NCBI GenBank assembly: GCA_964035545.1
Contig: OZ037771.1
Coordinates: 3,545,628 to 3,609,627 of the forward strand
Reading direction: 5' to 3'
Source of the DNA: Bugula neritina
Lineage: Eukaryota > Animalia > Bryozoa
Length of the DNA stretch: 64,000 nucleotides
Shown here: one piece after another, positions 14,501 to 25,900 of the stretch
Layout: each line of letters opens with the position of its first letter
How positions within the stretch are numbered: the stretch's first letter is position 1
Program-made: the position numbers and the translations under genes
The notes under the pieces: generated by a model
Database searches by the model: none
What the model saw: only the letters and a program-made list of their open reading frames with translations
Told to the model about the DNA's origin: nothing

Positions 14501-17500
14501 GTTGATGAGTCCATTATTACTCTTAGTTTCTTTGGCTCCAGTGATATGCTTGTAAAAACTCGGGAGAATAAGAGAAAAGTGTGTGATCACCAACTAAAAC
14601 CATGATGTTTTATATCATCTAAACTTACACATTAAAAACTAATTACTAGTACTCTTTTATGGTAATAATAACTTTATTCTTATTATTTATATACATATTA
14701 TTGATTACTAGGAAGTATCAGAACTGACTACTGAGACATCACAGACACCAGATAATGCTGTTGCCAAGTGGAGACGGGGCTCTATAAAAGCTCTCAAGGT
14801 TAGTAACTCAGTAGTCAGTCGATAATATGATCAACACAAAACTTTTAAAAATTAAATAAATAAATAATCATGTTGATAATTAAAGTTTTGAGATGAAACT
14901 TCTTATTTAGCATTTGATAGAATAAAATAATATAATAAAAATCACACTACCACAATAACTACTTGTAATACTTTGATTATCACTTTGATTATGCAATTTA
15001 TTTGACTCATATATCATTAACTAGTAGGTGGAAAAGCACAAATAAAAGGATAAAAATGTGACATTTTAATGGAGGCATTGTAACTCTAAAACAATTGCTC
15101 TTGATGTAATTTTAATATTTTAGTTGTTGAAGTACCACTAAAGTAGCTTTGTTTGTTTAGTGACAAATATAAGACTTTACATGCAGACTTTTGGGCTGCA
15201 TCTTTTGCCTGTTCAACTCCTGAATTGTGTAACTCAGGCTAGATTTAGTATAACTTCTGAATTGTGTAATAACACAGGCTAGATTTAGTAAAAAGAAGAC
15301 TCGGCAAGACATGCTCGATGACCGGTCAGACCAAAGTCTAAATGTAAACACTGGCATCTTTGAGAAATCTCTGACAATGGAGGAAGAAAAATCTCTGGCA
15401 AAGACTAGAAGGTACTAGCTAATATTACCAATTGGCACTATAAGTAGATTTATGTACAATTATGTTTTACTGTAATTGGTGTATTATTTACTTATTACAA
15501 TAAATGTTTTAGTATTGCGAATTAAAAATAATATTTCAATATGTTTCTTATAGCAAGCTGATAGAAGATTTGGTTGAGTCAGAAAGGAAATATGCTGATG
15601 AGCTGAAAACAGTTATTGATGTAAATATTTTGAAAATATTATTATATAAAGATGCAACATTATATTACATTATATATTGCATAGTATATAGAATAGGCAG
15701 CATTATATAACGTTGTGAAAGGCAGTCATTTAAAATTATTTAGTATTTTCCATCACCGAGTCTAACGCATTATAACAGATACCTACAATATTGAATTTTA
15801 TTGCATTATTTTTTGTGCTACACAACAATAATACAGACGTGCATAAATATTTATATATAGTTAATTATTTATATACATTATGTCATAATAAGCATGTATT
15901 TGTTGTATTCAATAACTCTGTAAAAACTACTACATACTAATCTATAATAATGTATATATCAATAGTGTTATATAACATATCATACAATATTATTATCATT
16001 TGACTCAAACTCATTCCTATTTTATAATTTCAAGAGCCTAAATAAAACAGCTGATGTATGCCAACACTAAGCATCTTAATATCTACTATAACTACAAGCT
16101 ATACTTGTTGAGACTTGGCACATTGCCATATACTGAACTGTGCCCTATGTTGTTATTAGTTGTACATGCGACCAATAGCTGAGGCAGGAGATTCTGTTTC
16201 CACGGAGCTCTACGCCAACCAGACGCTGTTATTTGCTAACCTGGAGGAGCTCTATGAGTTCAGCTCCAAGACATTTCTTCCTGAACTGATCGACAGCGCG
16301 GGCAGCCCTTCTTTGATTGCATCAGCTTTCAAAAACAGAGTAAGTGTAGATATAACGGAACTATCAGTAGCAGTAACAGTAGCAGCTAGTAGCTAGTAGT
16401 AGCACTAGCAATAGTAGTAGTAGCAGTATCAATAGTAACAGCAGTAGTAGCAGCAGTAGCAGCAGCAGCAGTAGCAGTAGTAGTAGAAGCAGCAGCAGCA
16501 GTAGCAGTAGTAGTAGTAGCAGTAGCAGTAATAGTATTAGCAAGAGTAGTGCTAGCAATAGCAGGGGCAGTAGTGGTAGTAATATCAATAGTTATTTAAT
16601 AAATCACGCAATTCAAATAAATTGTTTTTATCCCCATTACACTTTTGTTACTGAAACTATATCGGATTTAAAGCAGTGGTTAGTGGACTAATAACATATT
16701 GAGTTATTACATATTATCTACTGCAGATGTACATCTGTCTAACTTGCAGGTAAAAGATTTGTCTAAATTCAAAGAGTACTGCACAAGTCGATCAAGGGCT
16801 GAGGTGTTACTACGGCAACTAGCAAATGACACTTTTCTAATAGAGTGCGCACAAAAAACTGGCTCTACATTACACTCTCAACTACTTTTACCTGCGCGAC
16901 ACATGTCAAGCTATAACACATTCCTCCAGGTATCCTGTATACTACTTCATAAGCAATTATATACCTATGTGAAAACATCTATTAATTTTTGGTAATGATT
17001 TGTAATTTTTTGCTGTTATACATTATTATTATATTAAATATTTAGTAGATATAATATATTGCGGTAATACTTTATTATAATTGTTCAGGCTTAATTTTAT
17101 TTTACGTGCTATAGTAAACATTTTATGATTATATGTTATATAGTATAAATCTTGCAATATGCTATTACTGTCAATGTACAGTGTATAATATAGTAGGCGT
17201 ATATGATATGTATATGATATAATATATATATATGATATAATATTATTACAGTCAATATATATTATATTATATATTATTACAGTCAATGTATATTATATTA
17301 CATATTATTACAGTCAATGTATATTATGTTACATATAATTACAGTCAATGTATATTATATTATATATTATTACAGTCAATGTATAGCAACCTGAAAGATG
17401 ATCTCGAGGCACAAAGAGACACTCAACTCGTATTAAGTCTTCTCTCAGACACTATGCAGACGACAACAAATTTACTACATCAAGTAACTATTGATGGCTA

Positions 17501-20500
17501 TCACGTAAGTTAACATACAATATTTCTTAATGTTGTAAGCTAACTATAAGAGTTGATTATTTCTGGTGCTAAAATAGTATAATATGTTTAGCGTTTATTT
17601 TGCACAGAATTAAAAGGATAATGTTTACTATGCATTATGAAGCTTTATTCATGTATATCATAAATAATGCTGTTGAAAATATACCATCTGCTTTTTTAAA
17701 AATGCATTTAAAATATTTAAATTATGTATAGGCCTATACTAAATTAACTATCATTAATCTACATGTTTTAAAAAAAACAAAAAGTATTTTATGACACCTC
17801 AGTTAAAATGTTCAGTATTTAGTCATTTTGTGTTCCATGAATTGAATTTAGTAAATCTTGTATTGCTGTATATCAAGTCTAGAATGTTCTAACATAGATT
17901 GTTCTGAGGTTTCTAATTTTCAAATTTTATGTAGGTTTAATATCCATTAATTTGGTATGCACTTACTTCCACAATTTCTTTCTATATCTAAGTATGTTGT
18001 TTGGTCCGATTATGTTATTTATTTGAAATGTATTATTGTTTCAGAATCTTACATACTATCTTGAAGAGGTATAGTGAATTAGACATTAACAGATATTTTT
18101 ATTTTTACTGAAGGTGGTGGAACATATTTTATGATGCAGAAATTTTTTGTAGACATGCTTTGTGGTGCAAATAATTGTATATAAGCGGGCTTTTGAAAAA
18201 ACCAAAACTTCTCTGCTAATACAGCACTATGCAATATAATAATAATAATATATTAATATAACACTATATAACAAAATAATAATATGTTAATGCAATACTA
18301 TATAATAATATGAAGCTACATAACTTTAACAGGAATTCACATTTACTAATGCTTGCGAGTTTTAATAATCAGAATGCAACTAACATTAAAACTGATACAA
18401 CATTTTTTAAAGATGTTAAAGATCACAAGGTAATAAATTATGAGACATAAATTATTTGTTTTTAGGTAGACTTAGCTACCCATGGCTCACTACTACACCA
18501 GGGGAGGGTGCAAGTAGCTCACGATAAAAAGAGCAATCACACTAAGCCAACAGAATTCAAGTCTAAACTTAAGCCCAGATATGTCTATCTGTTTGAATAC
18601 TGCCTAGTCTTCTGTAAGATACACGAAGACACAGACAAACCTCACAGCTTTATGCACGCCATCAAGGTGATCTTTTATTGCCACTATTTTCTTGTTGCTG
18701 TAAAATTTTTGAGTCTATCTTTTGATTGGCTGACTTTATGTAATGCTTTTACTGTGAAATTTTACTTTTCTAAAATGTTTTTTGCCTTGAAGTATTATTT
18801 CTCAAAGCTGGTTGCAAATGGGTAATTTAAAATAAAGCAAACATTCAATGTGCGTATTATTTCATTAAATAAGCTAGTCAATGATTGGTTAATATACCAA
18901 CTGATAACAGCGTATTGAGTTACAAACTAAACAAATTGTAATTCTATCTAAACAACAATTTTTTGACCCTTTCTGTATGTTTTAGCAGTATTTTCAGCTG
19001 CACGCAATGCTTCTCACTTTACCTGTTTATGCTGACCTTTAGACTGATATGACTTGATATCCAGCTATATTATTATTCTCAGACTATTATCTGATTTTAG
19101 CTATCTGATTCCACTCTGCAGAAGACCTCTGAGACGTCTGTTAAGTTTGTGTTTAGATGTAACAATGAGTCATATCTAATTCAATGCGAGGTCACAGAGC
19201 AGCCATTTTGGTACGAGAATATACTGTTTGCTTTGAACAATTGTGAAAACAAGTCGCAAGAGTATTCCAGTAGCAGGGGACACAAATCTAGCATGACCCC
19301 ACTTCCTCTCAACTCTTTCAATCACACACCGACACCTAAACTGCAGTAAGTCAAAACATGTTTCAGTTAAAAAAATACGATGAACCGATTATTTTATTGT
19401 TATATTTGTTAATTATTTTCTTAAATAAATGATATTCTCAAATTAAAATGAGGTTTTAAATTTCATTATGACTCATACAGATCTCCTCTTCAAGATGACG
19501 TAGTACTGGCAGCTGATCCCGATGTGGACATGTTTGACCTAGATAATGACACTGATGCGTTTGATGAGATGACAAGGAGTCATAACTCCAACTCTTTTAA
19601 TGAGGTGAGATATCTAAGTGCACCGTCCACATAATTTGAGCACATAATTGTTCAAAATATTTTAGTTACAACTTGAATTATTTTAGTTATGAATAACTGT
19701 TCGTTTTAAATTTACAACACGCACTAACATATATTATATATATTGGATTTCTTGCCAATTTTTACTAAAAAGCTGTGTTGGTTATGTTCATATCTTTGCA
19801 CTGCTAAAGTGTAAAACATATTATTTAGCTATATTATTTGCAACCTAAAATGTCAAATGTGCATATCATTCCAGAATCATCTTTTATAAGAAACCCATTC
19901 TGTTTTTATTTTCAAAGTGGCTAAATTCTAAAACATATAAATAAATATTTGCTTTGTGTGTTTCACTTGTTTTTATTAAAATCTATAATTTAGAGTTTTT
20001 CAACTAGTGGTGTTAAAAACCTTTTATATTTCGACAATCTTTGTGTTTGCCATGTCTAAGTCAATTATCTAAAACCAAAGACTAAATTGATTATTGGTTT
20101 ATCTACTAGCAATGTACATTTTACTATATGACCTTTATAATGATTCTCAAGGTCAAAAATGGAATTTAGTGTACGGAGTGTAAGTCTGCTGTATGAATTC
20201 ACCTCTTCTAGCTCTAGCACTTCTCCCGTGTCTGTATCGCAACCTATTGCATGCCTTCTCTCCTTCACTAGTCTGTATCAGCCAGTCTTACCTTTTTTAC
20301 TCTGGCCTAGTTAAGTTGAAATGCTCTTTTAAATTTACTTTGTCATGTGTCATTTTTGTTACTTGGTGCTTTTAGTTCAACTTTAGGTAAAAGTACTATG
20401 TTTTGTATGAGCTGTAGTAACGGCTAGTTATACACATTGTATTGTACATTAAAAACTTATTGTTGATTAATAGGAACTCATATAAATCATCCATAAAACT

Positions 20501-21024
20501 TTTAATTGTAAGTTTTAAGAACTGTAAGAAACTGCTGCTTAAAAGAAAACTTGTAATAGGCTACTAATTTATAATTATGTTTTACACTGTGAACTAGATG
20601 ATTGGTATTATAAATTTAATTTATGATGCATCTATTTAAAGCTATAACACACTATCAGGTACTCAAAGAGTGTGTAGCTCAGACACAAACTATTTATTTA
20701 CACACTGTATGTGTTGGGATGAAGACTCTAACTTGAAGCAAATTTATTTATTGATTATTTAGGTTTTCATGTTTTTTTTATATTTAGCATTTTAAATCAG
20801 CTGAAATTAAACCTCTATAATTAAATACTGGAATTGTTAATTTTTTAAAGTTCTTGTCGTTTGGTTGAAGTAACTTTCATTAAATAAGATCACTGGTTGA
20901 ATATATAACATAATTAAGTTGTAACAATCCTTTGCCATCTTTGCACTTTTTATGTTATTAAATTTTGTATTTTGTGAACAACATAACATTATATATATAT
21001 AATAAATTTATATATATATAATAA

Positions 21025-21118
<94 letters not shown>

Positions 21119-21424
21119 CTTGGCAATGCTATGCAGATTAAACTTCAGCTAGCCAATGATACAAAAATTAAGACATTGTAAATAGTGTATGTACAAATGC
21201 ATTTAAAATTGCTTGATCTTCATCTAAAATAATATATTTTTTAGATAAATGGTAACTCCTACAAGCAATACATTCTGCGGGAAGAGTACGACAATGATTT
21301 GCTGCTTGGCAAAGGAGATGTGGTAGAGTGTGTGACAATACGTAGAGACATGATGCAGGTACAAATACCTGGAACAGGTATCAAAAGTTGGATACCTACA
21401 GATGTGCTAATCTCGTGTGATTAG
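1498..21424 (+). CDS. Dbl-family Rho guanine nucleotide exchange factor, Dbs/MCF2L-like (Sec14/CRAL-TRIO, spectrin repeats, DH, PH, C-terminal SH3); about 26 coding exons
   Basis: Exons join in frame at GT-AG sites (approximate): 1498-1585, 2602-2713, 4554-4648, 5209-5325, 5822-5938, 6199-6333, 7098-7231, 7650-7764, 8051-8170, 8502-8696, 9540-9728, 10191-10316, 11779-11877, 12627-12752, 13988-14082, 14263-14390, 14712-14798, 15278-15411, 15554-15620, 16160-16339, 16750-16929, 17376-17504, 18467-18666, 19101-19346, 19481-19603, 21245-21424. Sec14-like motifs: DGYPIIF, IYIASLP, FVLDRRKSSW, LLQPAGFFQK. DH motifs: DLVESERKYADEL, LLFANLEELYEF..TFLPEL. PH motif: RYVYLFEYCLVFCK. SH3-like end: LLLGKGDVVE...KSWIPTDVL. 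An in-frame stop upstream of ATG 1498 supports the start. Confidence 0.85.
5518..5584. repeat. (TA)n microsatellite; similar tracts at about 20990-21116 and 45257-45366
   Basis: Pure dinucleotide run. Confidence 0.95.
6341..6750. repeat. (ATAAT/ATAAC)n pentanucleotide microsatellite
   Basis: Visible low-complexity tract directly after a RhoGEF donor. Confidence 0.9.
7873..8015 (+). mobile_element. tRNA-derived SINE, copy 1 (3' truncated)
   Basis: A-box-like TGGTCTAATAGTTAGAGC and B-box-like GGTTCAAGCTCC, then the block GTTAGGAAGAACATTCAGTCATATTTGCTCCTTTGCCACAATA shared with 54296-54530. Confidence 0.8.
16365..16585. repeat. (AGY)n trinucleotide microsatellite, intronic
   Basis: AGC/AGT tract that gives the poly-Leu artefact ORF. 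Confidence 0.9.
17236..17384 (+). repeat. 31-bp tandem repeat (5 copies) made of a RhoGEF splice acceptor
   Basis: TTACAG|TCAAT recurs with the AG ending at 17251, 17282, 17313, 17344 and 17375. The last copy opens the DH alpha-6 exon. Confidence 0.9.
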
Positions 21425-22920
21425 TCTAAATTATAGCAGGTTTTAATATATGATATATTATACGCACATTGTCGTCACTTGTGCACCCTATTAAGTACTT
21501 TGTTAGGATAGCTATTTGCTCAATATCTAGTCATGCATGAATAGAACAATAAATCTATGTTCTTTTCAGACTATTTTCAATTAATAACATTGTAATATTT
21601 GTGATAGATAACATTTCTATATGCAAAACTTGTGCTTGTTCAAAATCTTTTTATAGTTGGACTTTTTTATTATCATATCGAGACATCTGATAGCCGTACC
21701 CTTCTTTTAATCATTTAAGTGTGTCAATTCCTGGTAATTTATTCTTTTGTATTACACTATAATTATTTCTTCTCATAACTTAAAGTTTATTACACAGTCA
21801 GTAAAAGCAATTACTGTTGACAATGTTTAGAAGGGCTATAAGTTTAGCTGAAGGAGTGTAGCTGCATGGCAGCTGCTGGGTGCTAGAAATTCTCTATGTA
21901 TTATTTTTATTACTTTCAATAAATCATCTATTCTCAGTTGCTTGGCCATTTTGATTTACAGACATTTTAAAAAAATTACCTGCAGTTTTCAGAACATGCA
22001 AACTCTACCAATAAATTTTGGTAACCAGCTATATTACTATTAAAGGCACACAACTAATGATCTACAAAATTAATGTAGGATACAGTCTAAAGAGGCATTG
22101 GAATATATGTACCTTTTAATTCATTGTTAGAGGGGCTAGAATGCTAATGAAGCAATTGGAGTTGCATGTACTTGAAGAAATAGAATTTTTAATTTAGAAA
22201 TGTTCATGTAGCTTGCGCACCAAGTGACTTCATACGGTGATAACTTCAAGTTAGGGTCCTAGGTTGGACTTTTTAGATACCAAAATTCAAATTACTACTT
22301 AGCAAAAAGCTGCTCTCACTTAGGTATGCCATGTATAATACATGATCTTTATTACATCAGCATTTGAATGAATACCCAAAGACCTATCAATGCACGAGCT
22401 TTAGATTTACTATGCAATACCAAAATTTTCTCAAGTGAATATAGTGCAGACGACCTCATAACCAAGAAACTAGGTTGAGCTAAGCTATTACCAGAATATA
22501 CCAGATTGTATCTGTTAACTTTGTTTATCAATGTTGTCGCACTGAGCAAGAAGCTGATAAGAAATAAGTCAGACTTATTTTTCGCAAAATGCTATTTTTT
22601 GTTAGATAATGTTAATGTTGTGAATATTAGTGAGCAGTTAGTAGCATAAAACATGACAGCATCTGAGAGAGTATATCGACTGAAGGTAAAACAATCAACA
22701 GCCACCTGGGACTACATACTGACCCAAATAGAAAAAGTTAACCAACATGGTGGGCACAACCCTAATTATTGAGATATAAAAAACAATAAAGTAATAAAAT
22801 AGCAAAAGATACCATTAGTACACTCACAACCCAAATAAGTTAAAAGAATTAGGTCATATATACATGCAATAACAACCAGCAGAATGACTTCATTGCACAA
22901 TATCTGTATTATCATCCAGT

Positions 22921-25900
22921 TTAGCTGAGCATGCCTGGTGCGTCCTTCTCCTCGTTACCTTTTTTCTCAAAGAACATAAAATCCTGCAACACACAAGCAG
23001 ATCATCAAAATAATACTTCAATAGTTGGGGGGGGGGGAGGGGGGGCTCTCATCAAATTCATGAATTGATTAAGACTGAACAATATAGTTTATTAGTACAA
23101 ATTTTATTTAATTTTAAAAGTTTTAAGCCTCGAGTATGAATAAAATATTGAAATGTTCAAAAAAATTAAATAAACTTCCAAATTATGGGGACCTAAATTT
23201 ATATTATAAAATTGAACATTTAGTTTATGTTTTCATTATTTAAATTAGGCCATGCAGCTGTTGGATCACGTGAATAATCTTCGGAGATAAACTACTCGGC
23301 TGCAATAATATTTACCAGATCACAATTAGCTGCATCAACTTACAATCAAAAAGGTAGCAGCTAGCGTAGTGGCCTTGACTCTCACGTCCAGGTCAATAGG
23401 GAAGGTAACTCCAAAATTGTCAGCATCAGTGAACGCTTCCTTGACCAGTCCGGACCACTGCTTGGAGATTCGGCCCACTGGACTGGACCCATCATGGGAA
23501 CTCACCTATAAATAGAAGAACTTGCCTGTAAATAGAAGAACTCACCTATAAATAGAAGAACTCACCTATAAATAGAAGAACTCACCTATAAATAGAAGGA
23601 CTAGCCTATAAATAGAAGGACTACCCTATAAATAGAAGAACTCACCTATAAATAGAAGGACTACCCTATAAATAGAAGAACTCACCTATAAATAGAAGGA
23701 CTACCCTATAAATAGAAGAACTCACCTATAACTGGTCTATAAATATTATGAAAAACCTACTAATATATATGAAAACTCATTTATGAATAAAAGAACTGAA
23801 GCTAAGCATATCATAAATTCCTAATTTAGCAAGGCAATATATGCAGGTAAATAATCTTGCCTCACATAAAATATAAACATAATGTACTGCAAAATATCCC
23901 TCCAAGAGGTAATGTGCTGAGAACATATGAGTCAACATGCCACTTGAATAGTATTGTGAGTATGACTGTGAAATGGGAATAAGACTGTGAGTATAACTGT
24001 GAGTATGACTGTGAGTATGAGTGTGAGTATGACTGTGAGTTGTGAGTATGACTGTGAGTATGACTGTGAGTTGTGAGTATGACTGTGAGTTGTGAGTATG
24101 ACTGTGAGTATGACTGTGAGTTGTGAGTATGACTGTGAGTATGACTGTGAGTTGTGAGTATGACTGTGAGTATGACTGTGAGTTGTGAGTATGACTGTGA
24201 GTTGTGAGCATCACTGTGGATTACAATTCTTATAGACACTCAGACTAGACGTACAAAACACTGAAAACATGATAGAAGTTGGGGGTATTTTGAAAGGCCA
24301 TTATACTAACTCAATACAAAATAAATTGTAACCCACAGCAACGCAGATCTAAGTCTAAAGTGTGCTGATCCTTGCTAGGTCAAGAAAGATATAGACTGAG
24401 TCAGTGTAAATATTTTATGCTATCTTTTTCCAGGAGTTTAGACTATAATTTAATCACATGACCCGATAAGCTGGACTCACGTCAAACTCGACATCTCCAC
24501 AGATGCTGCAGGTTAAGCACGGCCCGTCTATTCTCAATACGTCCTCCCCGGCAGCATTCTGTATCCAGAACTTGGGCTTACAAATACTCCAGCCTTGTTT
24601 CACGTAACCAATGACTTCGCCAGGGGGTGCTTGTACTTCCACCCGCTGTCAAAAAGCAAATAAAAATCGACATTTAAACTTTGGTGCTAAAATAGCAGCA
24701 TAGTACACTCTCTGCACACCATTTCATAAAGGCTAATTTACAGCTTGTGCTGCATTTTAACAAAATTTAGGCATTGATTTAGCCTTTGAACAACAATTTA
24801 TAAGACAACAGCAAATTCTATGTCAAAACAGATCACAGATTTGCAAAAATCATATATGAAAGTAAAATCATATCACCAGACTACAAGATAAGACTTATCA
24901 GCAAAATAAACCCACAAACTGTGAGTTTTGTCCAGTGCCAAATATTTAGTCATGAATAACCAATTTGGAATATCACCTTTAAAATGATAAATTTCGCTTC
25001 TAGTTTAATCAAAATGTCCTTTATTGTACAAGCACTTGATAACTATTAAGTTTTACTAGGAATACAATCTTTTGTAATATTACATATGGAAATGGCACAC
25101 TAGCTGCTTGAGTGAAAGTAACACATAGTTTAAGCTGACATATTATACTACAGTAACTGAAAACAAAAACCGGTTTAATAATGTGCGTCATTATCAGCAG
25201 TTGAAAGGAGAAAGATTGACAGTTTATACAAACAGAGCTATTATGGTAGATTGTGGAGCACAACGCTATCACTAATACTACATATCATTAGTAGTACACT
25301 GCAGTGGTTAAGGCAGACATGTTAGCACTGCATTATAGCAAGATAAGGTAACCACAAACAAATCAGCCCATAGCAACAGCAAACATTGAGAACTCAGATT
25401 ATCAAAGCTTAGTAAGTGAACCAGGCAAGCAGCTGTAGCCATGGGAAGGGATGTTGGAGAATAAGCAACTAGGAGCAGTAGTGGAAAGATTAAGATAGCC
25501 TAAGTTCTTAAACTTGTTTTAATAAATTTTGGTTTGGGGCGAGGATTGAAATTCTCGTGAGAACATAACTTCTTATGCTACATTTCTAATCTAAAACACA
25601 GGCTTTTCTCAATTTCTCCATTACTACACCGCCCTCAGGAAATGATGATGTAAGAGGTTAGTTGTTGAATCTGGAGTTATTCTACCCATGCTACAAGTTG
25701 ATGATGGGGACTGCTCTACCCCTACTAGAGAGAAATATGCGATAAAGAAAACAGGCGTTGCATAAGTTGAGAGCAATAACCAACAGAACTCATGCGACTA
25801 TTTCCCAGTCCCATCACCGCCATGACCAAAACACCTTAAAGCAGACAAGGTTGATCTCTAGCTGTATTAGTACGGAATACACAGTCCAGAGCTTGAGCCA

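Noticed and set aside
16364-16588. Poly-Leu ORF resembling a signal or transmembrane peptide
   Set aside because: It is the antisense reading of an intronic (AGY)n repeat.
16930-17375. Possible U12-type intron (donor GTATCCTG)
   Set aside because: The donor deviates from GTATCCTT and there is no TCCTTAAC branch site near the acceptor.
20110-20177. Possible extra RhoGEF exon with a GTAAGT donor
   Set aside because: It has a stop in the required phase-0 frame, and the flanking exons already join in frame.
23501-24239. Regular repeat arrays resembling CRISPR
   Set aside because: The units are head-to-tail without unique spacers, the context is a eukaryotic intron, and there are no cas genes.
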